Origin: Nitrospirota bacterium
GTDB lineage: Bacteria; Nitrospirota; Thermodesulfovibrionia; Thermodesulfovibrionales; UBA1546
Reading direction: 5' to 3'
Length of the DNA: 64,000 nt
NCBI GenBank assembly: GCA_016195565.1
Contig: JACPZK010000011.1
Span: forward strand, 13,097 to 77,096
A program made the position numbers and the translations under genes. This document shows, piece by piece, positions 51,175-60,445 of the stretch; the first letter of the stretch is position 1, and each line of letters opens with the position of its first letter. The notes beneath the pieces were generated by a model. That model had not been told where the DNA came from, searched no databases, and was given only the letters and a program-made list of their open reading frames with translations.

Positions 51175-54100
51175 ATGATTGCTAAAATAATAGAACTAAG
51201 CGCAAGGAACAAATTCATAATCTTTCTGCTGGTATTTTTCCTCTTAGCATGGGGATACTGGGCGCTTAAGAATACTCCGCTTGATGCAATACCTGATTTA
51301 AGCGACACTCAGGTAATCATCTATACGGAGTGGCCCGGAAAAAGCCCTGACCTTGTTGAAGACCAGATAACTTATCCGATAACATCAACGCTCCTTGCAG
51401 CGCCAAAGGTTCAGGTTGTAAGAGGGTTCTCTTATCTCGGAAGCTCGTTTATCTATGTAATCTTTGAAGAAGGGACAGATATCTACTGGGCACGCAGCAG
51501 GGTGCTTGAATACCTTCAGTCAGTAAAAAATAAAATCCCTGCTGAAGTCAATCCTGTTTTGGGGCCTGACGCAACAAGCGTGGGATGGGGATTCTCTTAT
51601 GCTGTAGTTGATGAGACAGGCAGGCACGACCTCTCAGAACTTCGCTCTGTGCAGGATTACAACATAAAACTTGCACTTGAGGGTGTGCCGGGTGTCTCTC
51701 AGGTTGCAAGCATTGGCGGGTTCGTAAAGCAGTATCAGATAACAATAGACCCTAACAAGCTTCTTGCATATAACCTTCCGATAACCACAGTTATGGATGC
51801 AATAAGGAAAAGCAATAAAGATGTGGAAGGCAGAGTGCTTGAATTCTCGGGCATTGAATATATGGTAAGAGGAAGAGGTTATATCAAAACACTTGACGAC
51901 CTCAAAAACATTCCTGTTGGTACAGGCGGCGCGGGAACGCCTGTATTCCTGAGAGACATAGCGAACATACAGCTCGGGCCTGAGATACGAAGAGGGCTTG
52001 CTGAGCTTGACGGAAAAGGCGAGGTGGCAGGAGGCATTGTAGTTATAAGATTCGGCGAAAATGTCCTCAATGTCATAGACAGGGTTAAAGAAAGGATTAA
52101 GAATGATATTGAGCCGAGCCTTCCGAAGGGAATGAAGATTATCACAACCTATGACAGGACTGACCTTATACACCGCTCCATTGACACACTCAAAGAAGAA
52201 ATCATAAAGCTCTCCATAGCAGTCAGCGTCGTATGCATAGTATTTTTATTCCATCTTCCGAGCGCGCTCGTTGTCATTCTCACTCTGCCTATTGCAATCA
52301 TCATCTCATTTATATGCATGTATTATCTCGGCGTCACTTCAAATATCATGAGCCTGAGCGGCATTGCAATTGCAATCGGCGCAATGGTGGATGCATCAAT
52401 AATAATGGTTGAGAATGCGCATAAAAAACTTGAAGAGTGGGAACTGCACGGCAGCCATGGCAGCAGGGTGGAAGTGATTATCGATGCAGCGAAGGAGGTC
52501 GGCCCTTCTCTCTTCTTTGCGCTGCTTGTAATCACCGTAGGATTTCTGCCTGTATTTACGCTTCAGGCACAGGCAGGAAGATTATTTAAACCACTGGCAT
52601 ACACAAAGACCTTTGCAATGCTTTTCTCATCTTTCCTTGCGATTACGTTGACGCCTGTGTTGATGACGCTCTTCATACGCGGGAAGATAAAGCCGGAAGA
52701 TAAAAATCCTATAAGCATTATCCTCCACAAAATCTATGAGCCTGTCGCGGCCCTCGCGCTCAGATTCAAAAAAAGCGTTATTGTCATTGCAATAATCATC
52801 ATGGCGATTACTGTCTATCCATTTATAAAACTCGGCTCGGAATTCATGCCTCCGCTTTATGAGGGGACATTGTTTTATATGCCTGTCACAGTGCCGGCGG
52901 CTTCAATAACTGAAGTGTCAAAACTCCTTCAACTGCAGGATAAGATTCTGAAGAAGATTCCCGAAGTTGAGCAGGTATTCGGAAAAGCAGGCCGCGCAGA
53001 GACGGCAACAGACCCTGCACCATTAGAGATGTTCGAGACAGTTATAAATCTTAAACCCGAAAAAGAATGGCGAAAGGGGATGACAGTTGAAGGGTTAAAG
53101 AATGAGATGAACGACGCATTGAGCATTCCGGGAGTTGCAAATTCCTTCACAATGCCGATAAAAGCCCGCATTGACATGCTCTCTACAGGCATAAGAACTC
53201 CTGTAGGAATCAAGGTTTTAGGCCCAAAGCTTGAGGAAATAGAGAAACTCGGACTGGAGTTGGAGAACCTCATTAAAGATATTCCGGGCACAAGAAGCGT
53301 CTATGCGGAAAGAGTGACAACAGGATATTTTCTGGACTTTAATATCAAGCGTGAGGAAGCCGCAAGGTATGGAATAAATGTTGATGACATTCAGGAAGTA
53401 GTGCAGACTGCTGTAGGAGGCATGAACCTGACAATTACTGTTGAAGGCAGGGAACGCTATCCTGTGAATGTCCGCTATTCAAGGGAATTGAGAAATGACA
53501 TTGATAAACTCAAAAGGGTTCTCGTGCCTGTTATGAATCAGCCTTCAGCATTCCCCTCCTCAGGCGGATTCGGCGGCCAACAGTCAGGTATGGGAGCAGT
53601 GCAGCCCGTATCCATGAAAACACTTCAGGTTCCTCTCGGCGAGCTTGTTGACATAAAAATTGTAAAAGGCCCCACACAGATAAAGAGTGAAGAAGGGCTT
53701 TTGACCGCCTATGTATATATAGATTTCACAGGAAGGGATATCGGAGGTTATGTCAATGAGGCAAAAAAGAAAGTCGCCTCTATGAAAATCCCGGAAGGCT
53801 ACCGCCTTGAATGGAGCGGTGAATACGAGCACCTCGTAAAAACACATGAAAGGCTCAAACTTGTCATCCCGCTTACAGCGCTGATAATCTTTGTGCTTAT
53901 ATACCTGAACACAAAGTCAGTGACTAAGACATTTATAGTGCTTCTTGCGGTTCCATTCTCCCTTGTAGGCTCATTCTGGCTTCTTTATCTTTTAAATTAC
54001 AACATGAGCATTGCCGTATGGGTCGGCATCATCGCTCTTGCCGGGCTTGATGCAGAGACAGGCGTTGTCATGCTCCTGTATCTTGAGCTTGCATACGAAA

Positions 54101-54378
54101 AATGGAAAAAGGAAGGCAAGCTTAATTCCATTATTGATTTAAAAGAAGCAGTAATGTACGGCGCAGTAAAAAGAATACGTCCGAAGATAATGACTGTAAG
54201 CGTAATCCTTGCAGGCCTTATCCCTATCATGTTCAGCCACGGAACAGGCGCGGACGTTATGAAACGCATTGCAGCCCCGATGGTAGGCGGAGTTATCACT
54301 TCAACAATTCTGGAACTGGTTATCTATCCCGCGATCTATATGATATGGAAAGGAAGGGAGTTTAGAGAGAAAAAATAA
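51175..54378 (+). CDS. cusA: heavy-metal (Cu/Ag) efflux RND pump CusA
   Basis: collinear with E. coli CusA as I recall it, incl. the three Met-site contexts (LFYMPVT, APLEMFET, RIDMLSTGI). Confidence 0.9.
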   Translation: MIAKIIELSARNKFIIFLLVFFLLAWGYWALKNTPLDAIPDLSDTQVIIYTEWPGKSPDLVEDQITYPITSTLLAAPKVQVVRGFSYLGSSFIYVIFEEGTDIYWARSRVLEYLQSVKNKIPAEVNPVLGPDATSVGWGFSYAVVDETGRHDLSELRSVQDYNIKLALEGVPGVSQVASIGGFVKQYQITIDPNKLLAYNLPITTVMDAIRKSNKDVEGRVLEFSGIEYMVRGRGYIKTLDDLKNIPVGTGGAGTPVFLRDIANIQLGPEIRRGLAELDGKGEVAGGIVVIRFGENVLNVIDRVKERIKNDIEPSLPKGMKIITTYDRTDLIHRSIDTLKEEIIKLSIAVSVVCIVFLFHLPSALVVILTLPIAIIISFICMYYLGVTSNIMSLSGIAIAIGAMVDASIIMVENAHKKLEEWELHGSHGSRVEVIIDAAKEVGPSLFFALLVITVGFLPVFTLQAQAGRLFKPLAYTKTFAMLFSSFLAITLTPVLMTLFIRGKIKPEDKNPISIILHKIYEPVAALALRFKKSVIVIAIIIMAITVYPFIKLGSEFMPPLYEGTLFYMPVTVPAASITEVSKLLQLQDKILKKIPEVEQVFGKAGRAETATDPAPLEMFETVINLKPEKEWRKGMTVEGLKNEMNDALSIPGVANSFTMPIKARIDMLSTGIRTPVGIKVLGPKLEEIEKLGLELENLIKDIPGTRSVYAERVTTGYFLDFNIKREEAARYGINVDDIQEVVQTAVGGMNLTITVEGRERYPVNVRYSRELRNDIDKLKRVLVPVMNQPSAFPSSGGFGGQQSGMGAVQPVSMKTLQVPLGELVDIKIVKGPTQIKSEEGLLTAYVYIDFTGRDIGGYVNEAKKKVASMKIPEGYRLEWSGEYEHLVKTHERLKLVIPLTALIIFVLIYLNTKSVTKTFIVLLAVPFSLVGSFWLLYLLNYNMSIAVWVGIIALAGLDAETGVVMLLYLELAYEKWKKEGKLNSIIDLKEAVMYGAVKRIRPKIMTVSVILAGLIPIMFSHGTGADVMKRIAAPMVGGVITSTILELVIYPAIYMIWKGREFREKK

Positions 54379-54406
54379 ATCTAAAGGTAGAAATAAGGGG
54401 GCAACC

Positions 54407-54709
54407 ATGAAATTAATTATAGCGATTATAAAGACAACATCCGCAGAAAAGGTTATAAAAGACCTTGAACATATCGGCATTAAAAACATATCTCTTTCAG
54501 AGGTCAAAGGCATAGGTGAACAGGTTGAAGCATTCAAACAGTATGCCGTTCACAAGAGGCTTGAGATTATTGTTCCGCAGGAAAAGGCCGCCGAAGTCTC
54601 GGATATAATTCTAAAAAATGCCCATACAGGGCTTGCAGGCGACGGCATAATAGCTGTCTGCCCTGTTGACCATCTCATAAAAATAAGGACTATGGAGAAG
54701 ATAAAATAA
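54407..54709 (+). CDS. P-II (GlnB-like) family small protein
   Basis: 100-aa MKLIIAIIK...VKGIGEQ.. ferredoxin-like fold pattern. Confidence 0.7.
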   Translation: MKLIIAIIKTTSAEKVIKDLEHIGIKNISLSEVKGIGEQVEAFKQYAVHKRLEIIVPQEKAAEVSDIILKNAHTGLAGDGIIAVCPVDHLIKIRTMEKIK

Positions 54710-54762
54710 CAACAATAAGCCATCAAAGTGCATATCTTCTTTAAATCCACCCGTCTTTCCTG

Positions 54763-54792
54763 TTGACCTCACTGTTTTCTACACTCTATAAT
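54763..54792 (+). promoter_or_regulatory. candidate sigma70 promoter of the R-M gene
   Basis: TTGACC (54763-54768), 18-nt spacer, TATAAT (54787-54792). Confidence 0.4.
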
Positions 54793-54818
54793 GTCTGAAA
54801 TATCCGGTTCTGTTAAAT

Positions 54819-57800
54819 ATGGCAGACATTAATTCTTTTAGAGAAAAACTCCAGTCCTTGATCGCAAAGTTCGAGAAGGACAAAGCCCACTATGTCTCGA
54901 AAGGCTACCCCGAAGCTCAAGTAAGGCTGGATTTCCTTAATCCATTTTTCAAAGCCCTCGGCTGGGACATAGAAAACAAGGCGCAGAAGCCTCCGCATGA
55001 AAGGGATGTTATAGTTGAGCTTTCTCCTGAAACAACAGGAAGGCCGGATTATAATTTCAGGATTAACGGGGCAACAAAATTTTTTGTCGAGGCAAAGGCC
55101 CCGTCTGTGGCCCTTGATGACATAAACCACATACTTCAGGCAAAGAGCTATGCGTGGTCCACAAAAGAGGTCTATTTCGTAGTCCTCACTGATTTTGAAG
55201 AGTTCAGGCTTTATGACGCATCTTTAAAGCCAAATCCGAAATTCCCTGATGAAGGATTAATCCTCGGCCTCAAACATACTGATTACCTCAATAACATAGA
55301 AAAACTTTGGGAGCTTTCAAAAGAGCGCATTGAACAGGGTTCTTTGGAAGCCCTATTGCCAAAAGACACAAAGAGCAAGAGGCTCAGGATTCCGCCTGAC
55401 AAATCATTCCTTGAAGATTTAACAGAATGGAGGACAGAACTCGCAAAGGACCTTCATAAGAGGAATCCAGAATTCGATGTGAAGTTATTGAATGATGTGG
55501 TCCAGAAACTCCTCGACAGGATTATCTTCATAAGGATTGCAGAGGACAGAAGGATACGGCCTGATAAGGAATTAATGGAGATTGTGGCCCTCTGGAAAGA
55601 AGAAGGCAAGAGAAAATCCATAATGAGCCATCTCCTTGACCTCTTCCATGAAGTGAACGATGATTTAAACGGCGATATTTTTAAACCTCACGCATGTGAG
55701 AGAGCAGATGTTGATTCAAACCTCATTGCAGAGATTATAGAGAACCTCTATTTCCCGAAGAGCAGATACAGGTTTGACGCCATCGGCGTTGAACTCTTGG
55801 GAAGCATATATGAGCGTTATCTTGGAAGCACGATAAGGGTAACTCCGCAGAGGGTAAAGGTTGAGGAAAAGCCTGAGGTAAGAAAGGCAGGCGGCGTTTA
55901 TTATACTCCGAAATACATTGTTGATTACATTGTCAAAAATACAGTCGGAAAACTCATCGAGGGCAAGACACCGAAACAGATAGAAAAGATTAAGATACTT
56001 GACCCTGCTTGCGGCTCAGGTTCTTTTTTGCTTGGCGCATATCAATACCTGCTGGATTATCATCTTGAATATTATCGTAAGCATACCAAAGAGGCACAGA
56101 CACAATTCTTTGACTTTTACCATAAAGTAGGGCCGGAGGACCTGGCGCTTCCCTTACGCACAAAGGCGATGATTTTAAGAAACAACATCTTCGGAGTTGA
56201 TATTGACCCGCAGGCTGTAGAGATAACAATGATGAGCCTATACCTGAAAGCCCTCGAAGGCGAGCGTGGAATGCTTCCAAAAAAGCAGCACCTTCTTCCT
56301 CCTTTGAGCAACAATATCAAATGCGGGAACAGTCTTATCGGTTATGACATATTGGATCAGGGAAATCTTTTTGACGATGAAACAAAGAGCAGGATTAATC
56401 CCTTTGACTGGAATTCAAAGTCAGTTGGGTTTGGGGAGATAATGGAGAGCGGAGGGTTCGATGTGATTATCGGCAATCCGCCGTATGTAAGAATTCAGGC
56501 AATGAAAGAATGGGCACCGGATGAAGTCGCACATTATAAACAGCATTATGTTTCAGCAAGCAAAGGGAACTATGATATTTATGTGATTTTTGTCGAGAAG
56601 GGATTAAGTCTTCTCAATCCGAAAGGCCGCTTCGGCTTTATCTTGCCGCACAAGTTTTTCCAAACTCAATATGGAGAGCCTCTGAGAGGCATCATTTCTA
56701 AAGGAAAGCATTTATCAGAGGTCGTTCATTTCGGCGATCAACAAGTATTTGAGGGTGCAACGACCTATACCTGTCTGCTTCTTCTCGATAAATCACCCAC
56801 CAAAAAGTTGAATTTTGTGAAGGTTCAAGACCTGTCACTCTGGCGTGTTACTGGTCAAGCCATTAGAGGAACCATTCCTTCCGCTGATATCGGTGCATCG
56901 GAGTGGAATCTTGCGATAGGGGATGCAGCTACGATATTCAACCGTTTAAAGAAAATGCCCGTAAAACTAAAAGACATTGCAGATATATTTGTCGGGCTTC
57001 AGACGGATGCAGATGATGTGTACATCTTAGAAGAAAGACAAAGAAAAGACGGACAGGTGTTGTGTTATTCCAAGGCAACCGGACAAACCCATTGGCTTGA
57101 AGACAATCACTTGAAAATGTTTGTCAAAGGATCGTTGAATGTAAGAAGGTATGAGCTTGTTAATGTTAATAAGCGCCTAATATTTCCATACAAAATAGTT
57201 GATGGGAAATCCCAGCTTATCGATGCTGTTCAATATGGAAAGGACTTTCCATTGACGTGGCAATACTTAGTCGATAATAAACCGCTGCTCATACGGCGGA
57301 ATAAAGGGAAAATTCAGCGCACTGAATGGTATGGATACGTTTATAAGAAAAATCACACGCGATTGGCAACACCTAAGCTCCTTGTGCCTTCAATTGGAAC
57401 AGGTAGTTGTTTTGCAGCCGACATAAGTGGAGAATACTATTTTGTCGGGAGCGGAGGCGGTGGCGGTGGCGGCTATGGCATTTCCTTGGCAGCTACACAG
57501 AACATATCTTATTCTTATCTATTAGGTCTCCTAAACTCTGCCCTCTTAAGCAACTATTTAAAATCGATTAGTACGACTTTTAGAGGTGGCTACATTGCTC
57601 TAAATCGTCAGTACATAGAGCACCTTCCCATCCGCACCATTGACTTCAATAACCTCACTGAAAAAGCCATTCACGACAAACTCGTCTCCCTCGTTGACCG
57701 TATGCTCGACCTGCACAAAAAGAAAAACGCCCTTCCGCCGTCCTCAGAGCGCGAAAAGATAGAGCGTGAGATTGCAATTACCGATGAGAAAATTGATGAT

Positions 57801-57878
57801 ATTGTGTATGGTCTTTATGGGGTGACGGAGGAGGGAAAAAGGATAATTCAAGATTCAAGATTGAAAATTCAAAATTAA
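54819..57878 (+). CDS. single-chain Type IIG restriction-modification enzyme (PD-ExK nuclease + N6-adenine MTase + TRD)
   Basis: N-terminal RPDY..x13..VEAK; motif I LDPACGSGSFL; motif IV IGNPPYV; long C-terminal specificity-like region. Confidence 0.8.
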   Translation: MADINSFREKLQSLIAKFEKDKAHYVSKGYPEAQVRLDFLNPFFKALGWDIENKAQKPPHERDVIVELSPETTGRPDYNFRINGATKFFVEAKAPSVALDDINHILQAKSYAWSTKEVYFVVLTDFEEFRLYDASLKPNPKFPDEGLILGLKHTDYLNNIEKLWELSKERIEQGSLEALLPKDTKSKRLRIPPDKSFLEDLTEWRTELAKDLHKRNPEFDVKLLNDVVQKLLDRIIFIRIAEDRRIRPDKELMEIVALWKEEGKRKSIMSHLLDLFHEVNDDLNGDIFKPHACERADVDSNLIAEIIENLYFPKSRYRFDAIGVELLGSIYERYLGSTIRVTPQRVKVEEKPEVRKAGGVYYTPKYIVDYIVKNTVGKLIEGKTPKQIEKIKILDPACGSGSFLLGAYQYLLDYHLEYYRKHTKEAQTQFFDFYHKVGPEDLALPLRTKAMILRNNIFGVDIDPQAVEITMMSLYLKALEGERGMLPKKQHLLPPLSNNIKCGNSLIGYDILDQGNLFDDETKSRINPFDWNSKSVGFGEIMESGGFDVIIGNPPYVRIQAMKEWAPDEVAHYKQHYVSASKGNYDIYVIFVEKGLSLLNPKGRFGFILPHKFFQTQYGEPLRGIISKGKHLSEVVHFGDQQVFEGATTYTCLLLLDKSPTKKLNFVKVQDLSLWRVTGQAIRGTIPSADIGASEWNLAIGDAATIFNRLKKMPVKLKDIADIFVGLQTDADDVYILEERQRKDGQVLCYSKATGQTHWLEDNHLKMFVKGSLNVRRYELVNVNKRLIFPYKIVDGKSQLIDAVQYGKDFPLTWQYLVDNKPLLIRRNKGKIQRTEWYGYVYKKNHTRLATPKLLVPSIGTGSCFAADISGEYYFVGSGGGGGGGYGISLAATQNISYSYLLGLLNSALLSNYLKSISTTFRGGYIALNRQYIEHLPIRTIDFNNLTEKAIHDKLVSLVDRMLDLHKKKNALPPSSEREKIEREIAITDEKIDDIVYGLYGVTEEGKRIIQDSRLKIQN

Positions 57879-57926
57879 AGATTAAGAATTCAAGGTTCAA
57901 AATAAATTTAAAATTCAAGATTCAAG
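57846..57926. repeat. direct heptamer array, about 12 x ATTCAAG-like units
   Basis: attcaag attcaag attgaaa attcaaa attaaag attaaga attcaag gttcaaa ... attcaag attcaag; the first units encode the R-M C-terminus and TAA. Confidence 0.9.
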
Positions 57927-57939
57927 AAAGGAGAAAAAC

Positions 57940-58386
57940 ATGGCGAGGTCTTTTGAGGAGATTGATGTATGGAAGAAGGCAAGAGAGTTGGTTAATTTCA
58001 TCTATCGCCTCACTAAGAATAAAGAATTCTCAAAAGATTTCAGCCTTACAGACCAAATCAGAAGAGCGGCTGTTTCCGTCATGTCGAACATCGCGGAAGG
58101 TTTTGAGAGGGGCTCAAATACTGAATTTATCCAATTCCTTTATATCGCCAAAGGTTCTGCAGGAGAAGTCAGGACACAGCTGTATGCTTCTCTTGATCAA
58201 GGCTACATAACAAAAGAGGAATTTCAAGAAGGGAGAGACCTCTGCATTGATATTTCCGGCCAGCTTTCGGGGTTAATTCAATATCTGAAAGGCTCAAGGC
58301 TTAAAGGCGAGAAATTCAGGACAGAGCATAAGAGTTTTCGTGACGAAGCAGCGGAAGTTGTGCGTGAATTCTACGAAAGGAAATAA
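57940..58386 (+). CDS. four-helix-bundle protein (23S rRNA-intervening-sequence / Avd-like family)
   Basis: DVWKKARELV..IYRLT, QIRRAAVSVMSNIAEG, AKGSAGEVRTQLY signature; RBS AAGGAG. Confidence 0.85.
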   Translation: MARSFEEIDVWKKARELVNFIYRLTKNKEFSKDFSLTDQIRRAAVSVMSNIAEGFERGSNTEFIQFLYIAKGSAGEVRTQLYASLDQGYITKEEFQEGRDLCIDISGQLSGLIQYLKGSRLKGEKFRTEHKSFRDEAAEVVREFYERK

Positions 58387-58442
58387 ATTCAACATTCAAA
58401 ATTTAAAAATCAAAAATTGAATATTGAATTTTGAATATTGAA
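58387..58442. repeat. paired heptamer array: 4 x ATTCAAN then 4 x NATTGAA (hairpin)
   Basis: starts 1 nt after the stop; attcaacattcaaaat is the reverse complement of attttgaatattgaat (15/16). Confidence 0.9.
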
Positions 58443-58489
58443 TCTGCTTTGCAGCCCTTATGCTATAATCAATCAAAAGGAGGCATCCA

Positions 58490-58732
58490 ATGGAAATATC
58501 GGTCAAGATACCAGAAAAAATAACCGAGCATATGAAGGAGCCTTATGACAGGTTTGTCAGTGAAACCCTTGTGGTTGAGCTATACAGGGAGGGTTCATTT
58601 ACCCTCAGGCAGGCGGCTGAGGCGTTGGGTATCGGGCTAAAGGAGATGCTCTCTATCCTGACAAAGAGGAAGACATACATAAACTACGGCACGGAAGAGC
58701 TTGACGAAGATATATCCTATGCGCGTAGTTAG
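58490..58732 (+). CDS. UPF0175-family antitoxin
   Basis: 80 aa; ..LYREGSFTLRQAAEALGI.. pattern; overlaps the downstream PIN gene. Confidence 0.65.
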   Translation: MEISVKIPEKITEHMKEPYDRFVSETLVVELYREGSFTLRQAAEALGIGLKEMLSILTKRKTYINYGTEELDEDISYARS

Positions 58733-59204
58733 CGACTCCGATGTTTTGATCCACCTTTTAAAACTCGAAAAACTCTCTCTCCTTCGATCTCTTTACAGAG
58801 AAGTTGCTATCCCCGAATATATAAAATCTGAAATCCTTATCAAAGAGGATTTCGAACTGCAAAAAGCTTTGAATTCTTTTCTCAAAGTATTTGTAATCTC
58901 AAAGGACAAGGCGCGTGATATTGCAAAAAGGCACCATATCCATGCCGGAGAAGCCCATGTAAAAGCTCTCGGAGAGGAGTTGAAGGCAACTTTATTTCTA
59001 TCCAATGAGAAAAAGGTAAGAAAAGCTGCAAAAGAAGAAGGATTTGCTGTTGCCGGTACAATAGGTATTATTTTAAAGGCAGTGAAGGACAGAATAATAG
59101 ATAAGACGGAGGCAAAATCTCTGTTTGAAAAAATGAAGGCTAAGAACTTCAGGATTCATCCTGATATTTTGCAGAAAGCGATTAATACGGTTGAAGAAAT
59201 ATAA
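58719..59204 (+). CDS. PIN-like (DUF3368-type) toxin
   Basis: MRVVSDSDVLIHL N-terminal acidic motif; GEAHV; usual partner of UPF0175. Confidence 0.65.
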   Translation: MRVVSDSDVLIHLLKLEKLSLLRSLYREVAIPEYIKSEILIKEDFELQKALNSFLKVFVISKDKARDIAKRHHIHAGEAHVKALGEELKATLFLSNEKKVRKAAKEEGFAVAGTIGIILKAVKDRIIDKTEAKSLFEKMKAKNFRIHPDILQKAINTVEEI

Positions 59205-59374
59205 AAGTGCTTGAACGCTACAAAAAAACTCAATCCCTCCATCAGTAGAAAGAGAAATTACAGTTGCAGATGAGGAAGGAAGATAATCAAGGAGATTATA
59301 ACTAAACCTTGCAAAAACAAGGGGAAAATTAGTAGAATTACTCGTATTCAGAGCGATTTTCCGACAGGAGACTT

Positions 59375-60445
59375 ATGGGAGAGATTGAAAAGCTAAGAAA
59401 TGAGATTGACGCTGTTGACGAAGAGACACTTAAACTTCTCAATAAACGGTCGCGGATTGTCCTTGACATTGCAAATATAAAACGCAACACCAAGTCAAAG
59501 TTTTACTCGCCTGAACGCGAGCGGCAGATACTTGAAAGACTGACATCCCTGAATAAAGGGCCTTTCCCCAATGATGCGCTGAAGTCAATTTACAGGGAGA
59601 TACTCTCAGCCTCTTTATCGCTTGAAGAACTTCTAAAGATAGCTTATTTTGGCCCGGTTGCCACATTCACACACCTTGCAGCGTTAAGGCATTTCGGCTC
59701 TTCAGCCGACTTTGTGCCTGTTGAGAGCATAAAAAACGTATTTGAAGCGGTTGATTCAGGGAAAGCAGAATTCGGAGTTGTGCCCATAGAAAACTCCACG
59801 GAAGGAGTGGTGAGTTACACCCTTGATATGTTCATAGATTATGACCTCATGATAACAGCCGAGGTTATGCTTGAGATATCGCATAATCTGCTTTCTTTGA
59901 CAGGCAGCAAAAAAGACATTAAAAAAATATATTCGCACCCGCAGCCGACAGCGCAGTGCAGGTGCTGGCTTGAAAGAAATCTTCCGAATGTAGAGATAGT
60001 TGAAGCTACAAGCACAGCCAAAGCCGCAGAGCTTGCATCGAAAGACCAGTCATCGGCCGCAATTGCAAGCGAACTTGCCGCAAAGATATACAGCCTTAAT
60101 TTTGTGGAGCGAAATATAGAAGACAATAAGCACAACTACACACGGTTCCTTATAATCTCGAAAAACATCGCCCCGAAAACAGGAAAAGACAAGACATCAA
60201 TTATGTTCTCCATTAAGGATAAGCCGGGCGCCCTTTATGATATCCTTCAACCAATTAAGAAGGCGAAGATAAATCTTACGAAACTTGAATCCAGGCCTTC
60301 CAGAAGAAAGGCATGGGAATACATATTTTTTGTGGATATGGAAGGACATATAGAAGACAAAAAAGTCAAAAAAGCCATAGAGAATATAAAAGATGGATGT
60401 CTCTATCTTAAATTCCTCGGCTCTTATCCGCATGGTGGCCAGTAG
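59375..60445 (+). CDS. pheA: bifunctional chorismate mutase / prephenate dehydratase
   Basis: CM helix region, PDT core, C-terminal ACT with ESRP motif. Confidence 0.9.
   Translation: MGEIEKLRNEIDAVDEETLKLLNKRSRIVLDIANIKRNTKSKFYSPERERQILERLTSLNKGPFPNDALKSIYREILSASLSLEELLKIAYFGPVATFTHLAALRHFGSSADFVPVESIKNVFEAVDSGKAEFGVVPIENSTEGVVSYTLDMFIDYDLMITAEVMLEISHNLLSLTGSKKDIKKIYSHPQPTAQCRCWLERNLPNVEIVEATSTAKAAELASKDQSSAAIASELAAKIYSLNFVERNIEDNKHNYTRFLIISKNIAPKTGKDKTSIMFSIKDKPGALYDILQPIKKAKINLTKLESRPSRRKAWEYIFFVDMEGHIEDKKVKKAIENIKDGCLYLKFLGSYPHGGQ

Noticed and set aside
51634-52173. Numerous 60-180-aa antisense or out-of-frame ORFs inside long genes (cusA, topA, the R-M enzyme, pilQ and others)
   Set aside because: These are shadow ORFs of genes with clear family signatures. 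None has its own RBS or a recognisable motif.
57447-57473. (GGC/GGT)n run encoding Gly7 in the R-M enzyme as a slippage switch
   Set aside because: The codons are mixed GGA/GGC/GGT, so it is not a perfect repeat. It sits in a linker-like region and any length change in triplets stays in frame.
54819-57878. BREX PglX-type methyltransferase or a DISARM component
   Set aside because: No pglZ, brxC, brxL or helicase genes flank it. An N-terminal PD-ExK motif and the compact layout fit a stand-alone Type IIG enzyme better.
57846-57926. Tandem short repeats here and at the other array loci considered as CRISPR arrays
   Set aside because: Units are 7-8 nt with no unique spacers. Blocks are only 28-85 nt long. 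No cas genes are in the window.
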